Shown here one piece after another: positions 30,465 through 44,100 of a stretch of 64,000 nucleotides of DNA. This DNA comes from Eledone cirrhosa (taxonomy: Eukaryota): positions 21,576,001-21,640,000 of the forward strand of contig OZ024746.1 in assembly GCA_964016885.1 (NCBI GenBank). The letters run 5' to 3'. The notes below the pieces were generated by a model that was not told the DNA's origin, made no database searches, and worked only from the letters and a program-made list of their open reading frames with translations. The first letter of the stretch is position 1. Every line of letters begins with the position of its first letter. A program made the position numbers and the translations under genes.

Positions 30465-30695
30465 GCTGACTGAATACACACATGCTTTTTCTCAAAAAAT
30501 GTTGTTTTTTTTCGTTCCTTCCTCTTCTCACTCCCTATCTTTCTATTTCATCTTTTATTTCTCATTCTATCTTTTGATGAAGGACTGGTGCCCAAAACGT
30601 GAAGACTCTTTTCTTACTATATCAAACTTTAAACTAATATATTTCTTCATTGTACTGTATGTGTTGATTGCTGTTTCAATTTACTTTTTGCAAAT
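30465..30695 (+). mobile_element. Penelope/retrozyme-like repeat with a decayed minimal hammerhead (30569-30606)
   Basis: ATCTT-TTGATGA-A-GGAC tggt GCCC-AAAA-CGTG-AAGAC; the whole segment is homologous to 52380-52620; ends at (TA)n. Confidence 0.55.
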
Positions 30696-31745
30696 ATATA
30701 TATATATATATACAGGGAGAGCAAGAGAGAAAGAAAGAAGGAAAGAGAGAAATATATAGATAGATTGCAGTTGCAATCAACAGTGTTTGATGCATTGAAA
30801 TACTGTACTACAGATCATAGATCTAAACATTTAAAAAAAATATACAGTATCATTGTAGACAGAAATAGAGGGATTAGCCAGATGAGTGTCAATGCTATCC
30901 AGTATTGCTGAACATATGTATAGATGTCACAACTGATTTTTTCCGACTAAGTGCACTGGAGAAATGCAAAAATAAAGTGTCTTGCTGAAGGACACAATGC
31001 CCAGTCAGAAAATCAAACACACAACATGATTATAAGCCCAATGCTCTAACCACAAAACTGCAAACCTTCAGCTATATATATTAATATATATAGTGTGGAA
31101 AGTGATGTAAGGCTAAACAATGCAAGATGGATGATAAGATGAAGGTAACGAAAAAGTAAGTTACCTGGTAATCTTTTTTTTTTTTTTGTCTATTTTGCAT
31201 TGTTTAACTATATATCACATTATATATTATATACAATTCTTCAAGCAAACTACATTTTATTATGTACATTAAGTGTGTATATATTATCATTTCAATGTAA
31301 ATATTGATACATTCAAACAACAGTATCTTGTTCTATTCATGTTTAACTGAGTTAGCTTTTCTTATATCAATGTACATTTCCCATTTCATATCTTTTGAGA
31401 ACAATGGAATAAATACCAGACCATGTACTGGGCTACTGGGCGCAGTACAATCAACTGAAATAATGAGGCTGGGGCCCCATCTTGACCACAATCCCATCCT
31501 TTAAATCAATAAAAGAAAAAGAAAAAGAATAAAATGCAACTAGGAATTGAAACCAGTGAAAAATGTTGGCTATTGTGTGCTTATTTATATATTCATTCTA
31601 CAGCACTTGTTTTTAATAATTGAAGAATTATTGGAAATCAATTTTAGTCGATTTTTTTCTGGTGATTACTTAAAGTTGTTTCTATGTAATAGAATTATAA
31701 AAACAAAATTGAAATATATTTTTTTCTTCTCTCAACTCACATTAG

Positions 31746-31851
31746 TTATGATGTTGGTGGGATAAGCTTTTCAGACGGCAGCCTGGTGTATTTTTCAATT
31801 AATCTATCAGCATATTGTCTTTGTTCTTTGGTCAGCTTTGTAGGAGAATTT
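31746..31851 (-). CDS. CH-domain/coiled-coil protein, last coding exon (R)NSPTKLTKEQRQYADRLIEKYTRLPSEKLIPPTS*
   Basis: Acceptor tatattatttcAG at 31853-31852; phase 2 matches the previous donor; TAA at 31748-31746; GTGAGT donor 5 nt after the stop. Confidence 0.8.
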
Positions 31852-32160
31852 CTGAAATAATATATACAATAACAACAACTACAAAAGTAACAACAACAAT
31901 ATCAACAGCAACAATAATATCAGTTGGTGAAATAAATCTGAAAGTACTCTTAAAAAATTTAATTTACAAATTTAATTATTTTCTTTCTGATAATAGTTGT
32001 GTTTTTGATAAATTGATTTTTCTCTGTGAATTATATCATTTTCTTTTCACTATTTATTGGAGGAAGAGGAGGAGCAGTGCCCATATTAGTTTGAGGTCAT
32101 CCTAGATTGGGAGAGTTGATTAACTATTTGAGGTAAATGCAGCTGGTGTTGAATTTGAAA

Positions 32161-32378
32161 TACAGGGTGTTTTAAAAAAATTTGATATCATTTGAGATGT
32201 AAATATCTCAGAAACTATAATGTCTAGAACAATGAGACTGGGCTGGCTTAATGTTGAACAGCATAAGATTTATTCTACAAAATTTGTCAACATTATAACA
32301 CTAATTCACAATATATATAATTTAATGTAACACGCTTGGAAACAAGCCAAGATATCAATTGTTTTTAAACACCCTGTA
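32161..32378. mobile_element. Tc1/mariner MITE
   Basis: TA-CAGGGTGTTTTAAAAAAATTTGATATC ... GATATCAATTGTTTTTAAACACCCTG-TA. Confidence 0.85.
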
Positions 32379-32470
32379 TTGTAGCAGGAAGAAGTAAAAG
32401 ATGTAAATAATATGAATTAGTTCTAGAGGAATCTAGTTTAGGGGAAGAAATTTTGTATTGCTTAATCAAA

Positions 32471-32557
32471 GATGGAAGGGTTTCTGAGATAGGTGGGAGG
32501 ATGGAAGGGTTTCTGAGATAGGTGGGAGGATGGGAGGGTTTCTGAGATAGATGGGAG
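32471..32557. repeat. 29-bp G-rich minisatellite, 3 copies
   Basis: Unit GATGGAAGGGTTTCTGAGATAGGTGGGAG. Confidence 0.9.
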
Positions 32558-33044
32558 GATGGGAGGAAGTTATCAACAAGCAGAAGACCTGGCCTGAATG
32601 CTTGCAACAGAATGAGTTCAACTAAAGGCACCCAAGTCAAGGTGAAAAGAAAAGTTGATATCGATGGGATTTGACCTCATAATGCAGGAGCCAAAACAAA
32701 TACCTGATGCATTTTTAATCTTGTGCTCTAGTGACTCTGCCAATTCACTGCCTTTCTCATAAACATACAGCTGATGTTGATGATAATTTTGATTTTTTTT
32801 CTTTGTGCATATAATTAACCCATTTGATACCATATGTCTCATGAAATTCTCTGGTTGTGATTTTCAAATAATTTTGAAAATAATCAAGAATTTGGTGATG
32901 TTTAGTAACATAATTAACTTTCTCATTAAGATTGTTGGCTTTATGCCTAAATCAGAAACCATTATTAAGATGATGTTTGTAATATAGCTTAAAGGTTTTG
33001 ATGATGGAAGTATTTTAGAGGAATATATATATATACACACACAC

Positions 33045-33089
<45 letters not shown>

Positions 33090-33161
33090 CAGTTTTGTAA
33101 TATAGAACCACTGGCAGTTTGGTATCAAACAAATTAAATATATGCTTGCATTTAATCTTAC

Positions 33162-34894
33162 CTATCAAGATCGTACCATGATCGTATTTTCTTTGCTGGC
33201 CCTGGCTCAGAACCATCAAATGATAAATCACTGCTTTCAAAGACAGAACATAAATTTCGTACAATAGTATGGTGCTCTTGATCTGTGTTTGGTGAATGTT
33301 CCATTTGCTCTGGCGAAAACACATTTGAAAATTCCTGTGCTTTTGAAGTGTTTGTTAGATTTGAGGATTGATTTGTAGCTGTTGGAGTTCTGGAAAATTC
33401 CATAGCAGAGTTGTTGGTTTCTGACAGATTTGCTGTATCTAGGGAATCGCTACTGCTTGAAACATTTTTACATTTATTGTAAATTTCAGATGGTGAAAAG
33501 ACAGGGTTGGTAGCTGTTGAAGAGTCACTGTATGGTTTAGTGTTTGCAAGGAAAAACTTGTAAGGTGTATGAACCCAATTAGAATTTTCTGGGTGACCAA
33601 ATAATGGCTTTATGTCAGGAATTCTTTTTTTTAACTTACATTCCAAATAAGGATCATCATATAGAGTCTTGTTTGTTGAAAGACAATTAAAGTCTGCACT
33701 TTTGCCTGGATTGTTTCCATGGATATCTCCCTTTGAGAGAGAGGAAACAGAAGTTAGAGTTTGGTTGTTTAAAGGTAAATTAGAAGCAGAACCAACTAAA
33801 GAATCATGAGAATTCCACCTTCTTCCTATGCCAAAAGGACACTTTATTGATTCCCAAGAATTTAATGGCTTTGAAAATTCCTTCATATCTGAATTCAGAG
33901 CTAAATCTTCAGCTGATGTATGATGAAGGAATTTTTGTGGAGAAGATGGAACACTATTCACTTTTCTTGGAGAATAGGTAAAATGACCTTTTGATAAATT
34001 TTGGGCTAGATTGATGGTATCGGAAGTACTTTTCACATTTTTTAAAATACCCTTTAAAGTTGAACCTTGTTTTAGTGACCTATTTTGTGCTTGATTACTG
34101 AGGTTAAATGTCACATTATTTATTCTTTGTCGATTTGATGTTTTAGATGGTCTTTCAACAGATGAAAAAATGTTTCGTGGTTGGAAAGTAGGGGAACCAA
34201 AAAGATTTTGTTTTTCTTCTACATTACTAATTTCATTATTTGAAACTAATCGATCAAGATATTGATCACTCCAGTAAAGCCTTTGGTATTTGTTTTGCTG
34301 GCCCAATTGATGTTTATTTTGATTAAAATCTCTGAATGGTTTACAAGTATTTTCATTCTTATCCTTATTTACCAACTTATTTTGAAAATTAGATTTTGAA
34401 TTATCATCTATTTTTTCTTTACTTTTCCAACTGCTTTGAGGGAAATACATATCACTCTTATTTGAACCATTTTTTTCTATTTGGGACAAACAAGACATAG
34501 TACGATATATCCTTGGTGTGTCTGGACATTTTAGGTCTCTGTCTTGTCCATCTATTACAGGGCTTAAATGAAATGGAAAACTGCACAGTGTTTGACCAGT
34601 TGGACTGCTTGTCTTAGGAGTCATTGTTTTATGGTTTGAAGTAAGATATGGATTAGAAAAAGAAGCCTCATCTATATCTGATTGAGGTCTAAAATGGCAG
34701 TATCCATCACTTTTAAAAGAATGATCTAAATCCATGTTGTTGTTATTTGTTTTGAGAGCTTTCCTTTGCTTCCAAAGTAGCATTAGTTCATCTGTTAAGA
34801 CCTCCTTATCATATTCAGTTTTTAATATTTGTACTTGCAGCTCATTGAGTGCTTTCTCAACTCCTTTCTGATACTCTTTTAATTCCATCACATT
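33162..34894 (-). CDS. CH-domain/coiled-coil protein, large internal exon (1733 nt): end of coiled coil and Ser/Asn-rich region
   Basis: Acceptor ttttcttctctttaAG|AATGTG (phase 0, continues the coiled coil ELKE|NVMELKEYQ); donor AG|GTAAGA, phase 2; open frame throughout. Confidence 0.9.
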
Positions 34895-34959
34895 CTTAAA
34901 GAGAAGAAAACTTATATTAGTACAATAAAATAATGGACAAAAAAATTGGATAAATAATG

Positions 34960-35172
34960 GTTTCTGATTTAAGCACAGGAGTAACAATTCTGGGGGAGGG
35001 CAAAGTGAATTAAATCCACCCCAGTACATTACTGATACTTTATTTTATTGACCCTGTAAGGATGAAAGACAAGGCTAATGGCAGGATTTGAAATCAGAAT
35101 GTAAAGGGAAGTAACTCTCTGCTGCAAAGCATGTTGTTTGATGCTATATTGATACTGCCAATCCACCACCAC
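34960..35172 (-). mobile_element. SINE family B (long-tail form), intronic
   Basis: CTTTATTTTATTGACCCTGTAAGGATGAAAG..GGATTTGAAATC..ACTGCCAATCC. Confidence 0.8.
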
Positions 35173-35917
35173 AAATTCGATAAATAATGAAATATTTTAA
35201 TCTTACTATGAAATAGTGCTTGAAGGCCAGTCAAATGATCATCAAAAATAAGGTAAGTGGTGGATGAAATTCCTTGAGGCATTTGTTCTGGCACTTTACA
35301 TTCTAAGTTCAAATCCTGCGACAGTCAACTTTACCTTTCATCCATTGGAATCAATAAAATAAAATATCAGTTAAACATTGTCTCCTCCCTCCTCCAAAAT
35401 TTAGTCCAGTTCTTGCCAGAATGGAAAGTGGACATAAAACGATGATGATTACAATGTTAGGTTTCATGAGCATGTGTGTGCTTGAGTGCAATTGAAAAAA
35501 ATACACTTTTTATAGCATTCTATTTCTACTTATTTCTTATTACTTTCAGTCATTTGATTTTGGCTTTACTGAGCCACAGCCGTCAATAGCTTCTAGTTGA
35601 CTATATTCACCTCAAAAGATACAAAGGCAAAGTTGATGGGTGTAAAAGGATGTAAGCTAAGCAGCACCAAGTTCATACAGTTCCTTTCTAGTTCAATTGT
35701 ATATAATCTTTAAATATCTCTGGTTCACAATCCAGTGGTTAAGGTTTGGCAATTCTTATACAGTAATAATTATGTAATATGTTTATAAAGTAAATAAGTT
35801 TAAGTTTATAATATAATAGTAATAATATATATTAACATATTTTCATGGCTGTGTAGTGAAAACAGTTGCTTTATAACTATATAGTTTTGGGTTCAATCCT
35901 CTTTGTGCCGCTGCTTG

Positions 35918-36093
35918 TATGAGGGTTGATTGAAAAGTTGCTAGGCTGACTCTGAAGGAGTGATACTACAGCTGTGAAATCTTGCATGCATTAATTTCAA
36001 CCACTCTTATTAATAATTGCATTGTTTCTTTTCATTTGGTTATTCCATGAGAGTATCTTGGTCAGCCTCTGAATTTTTCAGTTGAACCTCGTA
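35918..36093. mobile_element. Mariner-type MITE family M
   Basis: TA-TGAGGG..GAAAAGTT..AGGCTGAC / GTCAGCCT..AA.TTTTCA..CCTCG-TA. Confidence 0.85.
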
Positions 36094-36396
36094 TGTATGA
36101 GTGAGTGTGTCTGCTTTTGAAAAAAAAAAGTTTTTATTATAAAGCCTCAAACCATAAAATGTACATCCCTTTACACCCATCAACTTTGTCTTTATCTCTT
36201 ATGAGCTTAATATAGTCTATTAGACGCTATTGAAGGCTGTGCCCCAGTAAATCCGACATCCAATGCATAAAACCAATAAAACAAAAGTAGAAATAGAATG
36301 TTATAAGTGTATTTTTCTCTATAGGTCAACAAATGCAAAACTAAGTTGTTCTTTTTTCACTGACTCTTGTAGTTTACTCACAAAAAACATTTTACT

Positions 36397-36898
36397 TACC
36401 GTATATACTCAAATGTAAGCTGATTCACATATAAAGATCCCCCCCCCCTTCTTCTCTATTTTATGTCTGAGACTGAGAAATAAGCAAATATTTATAAGCT
36501 GAGGCAGCTAATCAACACATTATGTTTAGATGTCACAGTTTTGAAATTCACATGACTGGAGAATATATCTATGAAGGTTTAATATTTTGGTATTTAAATG
36601 TTTTAAATGTTGTTTAGAAAATTGTTTGTTTCACAACTCCATTATATAATGATTTTTACCAATTTCTAATCATTTCAAAGGCCATATTCATTCAAAACAT
36701 ATAAAAAATCACTAGGAAATAGTTTCACCTTCAAAGTGAAATCAGTGTAATATTCACCACCTCCAAAGCATTTACATAAAATTTTTAAGTTGGTGAAAAT
36801 TAGCAAAATGTCAACCCTGAATATAAGACGCTCCCGATTTTACTGTCAATTTTTTTTTTGTCACATGTTTCTCAGCTTTTATATGACCATATACAGTA
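36397..36898. mobile_element. Tc2/pogo-like MITE
   Basis: TACCGTATATACTC..TAAGCTGA ... TCAGCTT..ATATACAGTA; left part homologous (inverted) to 40975-41096. Confidence 0.65.
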
Positions 36899-36956
36899 TA
36901 TGTAAGCTATATCTTATCCAAATACAGTATTGTATTAATTTCATTATGATTCTCTC

Positions 36957-37079
36957 CCTTTACAGTCTGAGTTCAAATCCCGCCGAGGTTAACTTTGCCT
37001 TTCATCCTTACGGGGTCGATAAAATAAAGTACCAGTAATGTACTGGGTAATTGCTGGCCTTGTGTCTCAAGTAGAAACA
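36957..37079 (+). mobile_element. SINE family B, 5'-truncated, 14-bp TSD
   Basis: TSD ATTATGATTCTCTC at 36943-36956 and 37080-37093. Confidence 0.9.
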
Positions 37080-37448
37080 ATTATGATTCTCTCAACTAAT
37101 CTATCATCAGATTCTGGCATCTGTAATTTCCCTTATTTTAGTACATCATCTCTTCCTTTATAACAGCTGAGGCCTTTCAGCACACTCTGATTAACTAATT
37201 GATTAATTAGTGTCGTATTGTTATATCTTAATCACCTATCATTTCAGTAACTACCTCTGATGGAACTGCAGTTTTCCCTGCTATCATCGCATTAATTCCA
37301 TTACTTAATATCATTGTGCTAACTTCTATAGATAGTATGTTTGTTTGTGTGCATGTGTGTATATATTGTATGTATGTGTTTTATACTGCTGTTGTTGCTA
37401 TTAATTGTTGCTGCTGCACATACACACATAGTCCTTTTGTTGGCTTTC

Positions 37449-37632
37449 TGAATTGGCAGTATCGGTAGAGGGTGGGACGCCATGCTTTCCAGCATAGTTA
37501 CGTCCCTTTACATTCTGAGTTCAAATCCCGCCGAGGTTAACTTTGCCTTTCATCCTTACGGGGTCGATAAAATAAAGTACCAGTAATGTACTGGATAATT
37601 GCTGGCCTTGTGCCTAAAGTAGAAACAATTAT
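37449..37632 (+). mobile_element. SINE family B, near full length
   Basis: A box TGGCAGTATCGG, B box GAGTTCAAATCC, tail AGTAGAAACAATTAT. Confidence 0.9.
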
Positions 37633-38884
37633 ATTATACAACTTAAAATAGGCTTTCATTAAATAATTCATATTTCTTGTTTAGAAAATTCTTTTATGGA
37701 GAGATACATTCATCTCACCCTTTTCTCTGTGATGAGGATAAGATTGAAGTTTCATTCTACACATATATATGTGTATGTATGTAGGGTCCTCTAACTCCTC
37801 TAAGAGTCGAAGAGGTTCTGTATTGACATACAGCGTTTCTAGGGCTTTTTTAAAAAGCCTGGCAGAGTCCATCTCCTCTCCAGATCTCTTCATATATACT
37901 AACCGACAGTTTCATTCTAGACACATACTATAGTCTCCAAATGTCTATTTCTTAATCTGCCATGTCAAACTAATAGCAATATCAATTCTTCGATCAATTC
38001 CTGATAGATTTTGTCGTAGATGTCCATCTAATTAAGAAGGAAACAAAAACAATTAAATATACTAAAATCTAGACCATGTTGCCAACTTTGATTCATTAAT
38101 GATGCTGTTACACTTTAGGTGTCTAGAATTTTGGAATTATAGGTGTTCGATCATGGTGAAGCAAAGCTTCCAATTAGGCACTTGTCTAAACCTCAAGCAA
38201 CGAAATTAAAACTAATTATCTGACATACAGCACAAATTACTAAGTGACAAGAAAGAAAAATATTTTGAAAATAGAAATGCTTTTGTAGATTTTAATCATA
38301 GCTTTATAAATCATAGTGTTGATGATGATTAATAAGATTCAATTAATTGTTAGAAATCTTAAAGGTTTCCCTCTTGTACTGAAGATGAATATATTTCTTT
38401 GTTTTGTCGTTGATTTACTTGTTATAAGTGCATTACATTTCCAGGGATTTATTCTTTTTATTTAATAAGTTTAAAACTTTGAGAGACTTTCAAATGGTCA
38501 AAGTATAGCAATAAGTTTATAAAATTCGGTTGGCTATTTCTATTCCTTTTGAAAGAAGTTTATATTATATAGGATACCATTATGCTGATAATTAGACAGT
38601 TATAAAGGCTAAAAGAAATGTGTATATTGGATAATTATAGATTAGCTAAAACATGTTCACATATAAAGATAAAAAATAACAATGAAATTACTTGAGGAAT
38701 AATGTCTTTTCATTTTCATCAGAAAATATGTGAGACAATTACATTCTTCTTGGAGGCTTCTTTACAAAGTATTAGCAAAAGTTTCTCAAAATAAAAATAT
38801 ATTAAATCTTTATCAGAATTGAAAAAGAGAAATATTGACACATTTAATTTTGAGTAATGACTGAAAAAATATGATTGTAAATAG

Positions 38885-39285
38885 AAGTGGCCCAAATGGG
38901 GTCCTCTGAAGGGTCTTTGGAGTAATGTTACTCAATAGAGTGTGTGGCTCGGAAGTCAGAGAGTCACTCCAGGTAGAGCTGCTACTTCTTTGAATTGAGA
39001 GATCACAGCTCCAGTATTACAGACATGTGTTTAGACTGTTTTAGGAAAGAATTGCTGGACAGATTTTACGGGCAAAACCAACCAGCAGGAGACCCAGTGG
39101 TAGACACCAAGCAAGATGGTTGGATAACATCCATAAGCTCAGCTGGTCTCATTTGGAGATCCAGCTGGGTCCATTGGAGACAGTATTCATGATAGGACCT
39201 ACTGGAATGAATGTTTGAGGACTCTGCCCCACGACCCCCCCCCCCCCCTCCAGGAATAAGTGGACAAAGAAGGAGAAAGAGAAGT
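38885..39285 (+). mobile_element. Expander/Rex3-like RTE LINE 3' fragment
   Basis: Translates RVFGVMLLNRVCGSEVRESLQVELLLL*IERSQLQYYRHV; homologous to 23815-24066. Confidence 0.75.
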
Positions 39286-39589
39286 ATTTCTTTTACTTCA
39301 TGCTAACAAGTGTATGATTTAGTATTAAATAAAACTGAACAATGGCATAGATTAAGATAAGTTAGATCTATATTGGTTCCTTACAAATTGTTTACATACA
39401 ACATTCAGTGAATGCTAATAATTTGATAGGATACATAACAGCTGGGCTGTATCTAAATAGGGTTCAATTTAAGAGAATTAATTTCATGCTTCAATGCCCT
39501 CATCAATGCAAAATTGGCATCAGTTGAAATTTAGGAAAGGTTTTTCGAAGTACTATATGTCTTGATTGATGTGCAATGTTAATGTGTGA

Positions 39590-39900
39590 GAATGACAAAG
39601 CATGGAGAAACTGGGTATAAGAGGAATCAGAAGTAGTGTGCAGGAGAAGAGACTGCATTGGTATGGACATGTGATGAGCATGGATGATGATCACTGGGTG
39701 AAAAAATGCCAAGAAATTCCAGTGGAAGGAAACTGCAGTAGAAGAAGACTGAGGAAGATTTGGATGGAATTGGTGAAAGCTGATCTCAGATCACTAAAGC
39801 TCACGGAAGAGATGACAAAAGAACATGAAAAGTGGAGAGATGCTGTACTGAAAAGGACCCACTCAACCCATGCAAGTGTGGAGCAATGAACATAAAATGG
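39590..39900 (+). mobile_element. RTE LINE 3' end (candidate partner of SINE A)
   Basis: EKLGIRGIRSSVQEKRLHWYGHVMSMDDDHWVKKC..EG..SRRRLRKIW..W; ends ACCCATGCAAGTGTGGAG..ATGAACATAAAATG. Confidence 0.85.
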
Positions 39901-40239
39901 GAAATATGTCTGTTTATTACAAGAGATTAAGGAAGGTTCTAAGAATCATTGGAAGTTATAAAATGAGTCATTAAGTAGTTAAGCAAGATATATCTTACAG
40001 CATGTATGTAGTTTTATGTCATACAATGGCTTCTTTCCTTCTTCCCACTGCCATTAATATTTGCTTGAAATCACATCTATTACTATATCAATAGATTTAA
40101 TTCTACCCTCACTTCTTGAATTTGTAATCATACAAATATAAATGTTGTTTATTGCTATGTTTGTATACTTAAGACTACAAGTGGAAAAACTCATGTTCAG
40201 TATATGCAAATGACTTCATACTAGTTAGAAAACAAGACA

Positions 40240-40965
40240 GACAGGTGAGTAAAAATATTAAGACATTCCCCAGAGAACTATGCAACATAAGTTAGTTATT
40301 AGCGGCATCATAATAAGCTCAAGACAAAAGAAGAAACATAGGAAAACGTAGAGGAGGATAAGGAGAGTTTGGAGGCTAAAGGAACTTTCTGTTAAGTATA
40401 AATTCAGGAAGGTTTTATGTGAGGCATACGAGAAGAAAAATGAGTTAGACACACATGACATAGAGGACAATTGGAAGTTCCTACTTGATAACCTACTACA
40501 GACTACTGAAAACTATTGCGGCTAGAGCAAAGCTCCAGCCAGACAGAGCGTGACCTGGTGGTGGAACAATACAGTAGATAGAGTCATTAAAGCCAAGAGA
40601 TAGATGTGGAAAACTGGAAACCGGGTTAGTGGGGAATGGTACCAGGTAGCTAAAAGAGAAGCTAGGTGACAGGTTTTCATAGCACAAAAAGAAATTGAAA
40701 GAAAGTTTAACAATATCTTGAAATGTGAAGATCAGAGATATGTGGTATTCTGTATTGCAAGGCAGTGTGAATCAGAATATTGTTAGGGAAAAGTGTGTTT
40801 GAAATGACACTAGTGCACCTAGCATCGCTGATTTATAAAAGAAAGAGGCTTGTAAATGCTACTATGAGAGGCTAATGAATGTGGAGAATGAATGGGAGGA
40901 AGAGAGACTACCTCAAGTGATCCAACAAAGGGACCAGCTATCTAAATTGGCAATTATAGGGTAAA
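40240..40965 (+). mobile_element. Degenerate RTE LINE endonuclease-RT linker fragment
   Basis: TWWWNNTVDRVIKAKR motif with stops and frameshifts; homologous to 9809-10205. Confidence 0.7.
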
Positions 40966-41194
40966 AGAACTGCACCATAATGTGTTGATTAGCTGCATCA
41001 GCTTATAAACGGGGTTTGGATTTTTACACATATCTCAGACATAAAATAGGGTGTCAGCTTATATTCGAATTGGCTTGTATTTGAGTATTTACAGTAATTA
41101 TGTTCCTCATGTTTTGTCTTTAATGCTAGCTGCTTTTTTCTTTATCTATATATAAAATATGCACACAATTGATTTTATAATGTATGATACGAAC

Positions 41195-44100
41195 CTCTTT
41201 TAATTCAGATGATTCCTCTTCTAGAATTTCCAATTTCTCTTTTAAAGCAACGTTTTCCTGTTGCAGATAAATAACTTCATCACATTCTCTTTTTGTTAGA
41301 CTTTCCTGTTCCGTTTCCTTAACATCAGCCTTCTTCAACTTTTCTATTCTTTCAATTTCTATTTGTAGATTACAGCTTTCTATCTTTTTAAGTTCTAAAT
41401 TTTCTTTTAAATTTTCATTTTCATGTCTTAGTTGTTTAAGTATAAAATATATTCTATTTGAAATATTTTCTTTCACAAAACTATATTTCTCAAGTAAATT
41501 CTGGAATTCTTCATTGTTGGCACTAGAAGAAATCGCTGTTAAAAGAGTTTCTTTAAAATGTTGATCATTGACATTGGAATCTTCATCTTCAATATCAGTG
41601 TTACGTTTGGGAGATGTTACAAGATTGGGATTTGTTTCATTCAAGCATTTAGTTGTCGTATAAGATATGTTTTCTGTCAATGGTGAAGAAGTTCTAGTTT
41701 GCTGATTTATTTTATTGACTGACGATGTTGGTGAATTTGTACAACTAGAATAATAACTTGAAACTTTTGCATTATTACTCTTAACCTCGAAATTAGAATG
41801 GTCTGTTGTGTCAGTACTTGTAATATGGTTTGATCTGGTCCAAGATTTCCAGAGATGACCTCTCCTAGATGGCGAAACATTAGAGGAGAAAGAAGGAGAG
41901 TTACTCTTGTTTGGACAATCGATTTTATTGCTTTTTTGTAATGTGTTTTCAGCTGACTGAAATGGCTGTTGCAGTTTTATTTGCTGTTCAGTCAAATCTT
42001 TACCATTATTGTCAACTTGATGGTTCTTGGAATCTTTGAAAGAGGTAATTATTGAAGGCTGATTATTCTTCTCTTCAAATCTGGCTGTAGGTAAATTTGA
42101 ATCTGTATTACTAATATTAGTAGTGGAAATCTGACTCCCACCTGTTGGAGAATTTCCTGACACTTGCTTACTTTTTACAATATCTTCGAATGAAGAATTG
42201 AAATTATCCAAAGATGTTCTCCCAGTCTCCATAGCATTAACCTTTTCTTTAAGTTTTCCAATTTCTTCACAAAGAAATTCAATTTTCGCTGATGTAAGTA
42301 CCAAAGGACGTTGTTTTATAAAACCATCGTGAAAATTAAATTCATCTGTTATCTCATTATCATGATTTTCTGGAACCTCTGCACATTTATCAGGCCTACC
42401 ACTATTTAATACTTGATCAAGACATATCGATTCACCAGATTTTTCTTTAAGTGTGACATCGTTAGTAGAATTTCTGTGATTCAAAGTTATATAGGGTGCT
42501 AAATATAAGCCATTAGTAATTTCCTTATCATCTTGACAATGAGGAAATGCCTGAGGTATACTTGATGCTTTACTAGAAATACAGAGGGGTAAATAAGTAG
42601 GTAAGTATTCTTGGGGAGAACATGGACGAAGGGGAGGTTCCTTTAAAGATGGATATGGAGGCACAACGTTATCTTGCAAGTATTCTTGAGCAATGCAACT
42701 ATTATTCTGCTCCATCTCATTGGTAGACAAAAGTATCTGATTTCCAGAAAGTGGTGAATTGTTTGAAATTCGATTAAATGATAAAAGTGGAGAAGCTACC
42801 TGGGAAACATATGCAGGTAATTCAGTGGTTTTAACAAGAACAACTTGTTTATATGTATATCTTTCATTATCTTGTGAGGATATTTCTTTGTCAGATCCAC
42901 TAACAACTGGAGACATTACAGTGGAAGAAATCGATTGAGCATTGTTACCAGCCATGTTATCATTCTGTTTCGTTAATGATGTTTGTTTTAAAACATTAAT
43001 TGTGTCATCAGTTGATTGATAATGCAATGGAGAATGTGTACCATTATCTTTAAAACCAGAGGAATAACTTGATAAGTATTTTTCAGAATATCTTTGGCTA
43101 TTATTGCTAATATCCATTACAGGCTTTGTACTCAAGTGTAATGTTGAACATGACAAAAAATTTGGACTTGAAGGTGTTGTCATTTTATCTATAGTTTTAG
43201 GGTACTGAGATAATTCGCTCCCAGAATTAAGGTTTGTATCAAATGAGATTGTTGGACAGTTTAAAACCTTGTTCCTACATGCCTCTGTTTCAGGTGAAAG
43301 ATCTTCATGAATGGAAGAACAATTTACTATCAAGACTGGTTCAGTCTTTGTAGACATTTCATTATTGTCTGCTATTGTAATTGATGATGTTGGTGTTGTT
43401 CTTGTAAGTGATGATGAGGAAAATGGTCGAGGTGGTGGTGATATTGATTTTGGGATATTAGATAATATCGACTTCTCTCTTTTTGATGATGGTGTTAATA
43501 TAGGTACAACCAATGTGGACACCATGGTCTGTTTTGGAATATTTGAAGATGGCAGATAACTGGTGGTTGTTGATGCAGATGAACTGTTTACAGTTGTGCA
43601 TGTCATGTTAATGATACTGCTAGTTGACGTTTTACCAGTTCCTACTGAAGAATGAATGTCACCAGTTGTAGATATTATTTTATTGTTGATTGTAAGTGTC
43701 GTATCATTGACATTTGTTGTCGGAATGTAATTAACTGTTTTAGATGGAAATGTTTTGGTATTCGTTGATAAAATATGGTTGTTAATGGCAGATGGAAATA
43801 TGTTGAGAGATGTGGATGAATTACTGGTATTGTTTACTGTTGTTAATTTTGATTTGGCTGTTGTAGATAGAGTATTATTGGCAGATGAGGACAAAGTATA
43901 ATTGACTCCTGCAAAAGCATTATTGGCAGCTGTAGATAGAGTATAATTGCTATCTGTTGAGGCTGTTGACAACATTTGTTTGGCTACTGTAGATGTTGGA
44001 TAAGTAGGAACAGCTGTAGCTGGACTCTCCTTGACAAGTGGAGGTGAAGAAGAATGAGAATGTTTTGACATTTTTCCATAACACAGTCTCAATGGAACAT

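Noticed and set aside
34895-35029. N-terminus MYWGGF... of the 623-aa ORF
   Set aside because: Intronic and SINE B derived; the true exon starts at the acceptor at 34894.
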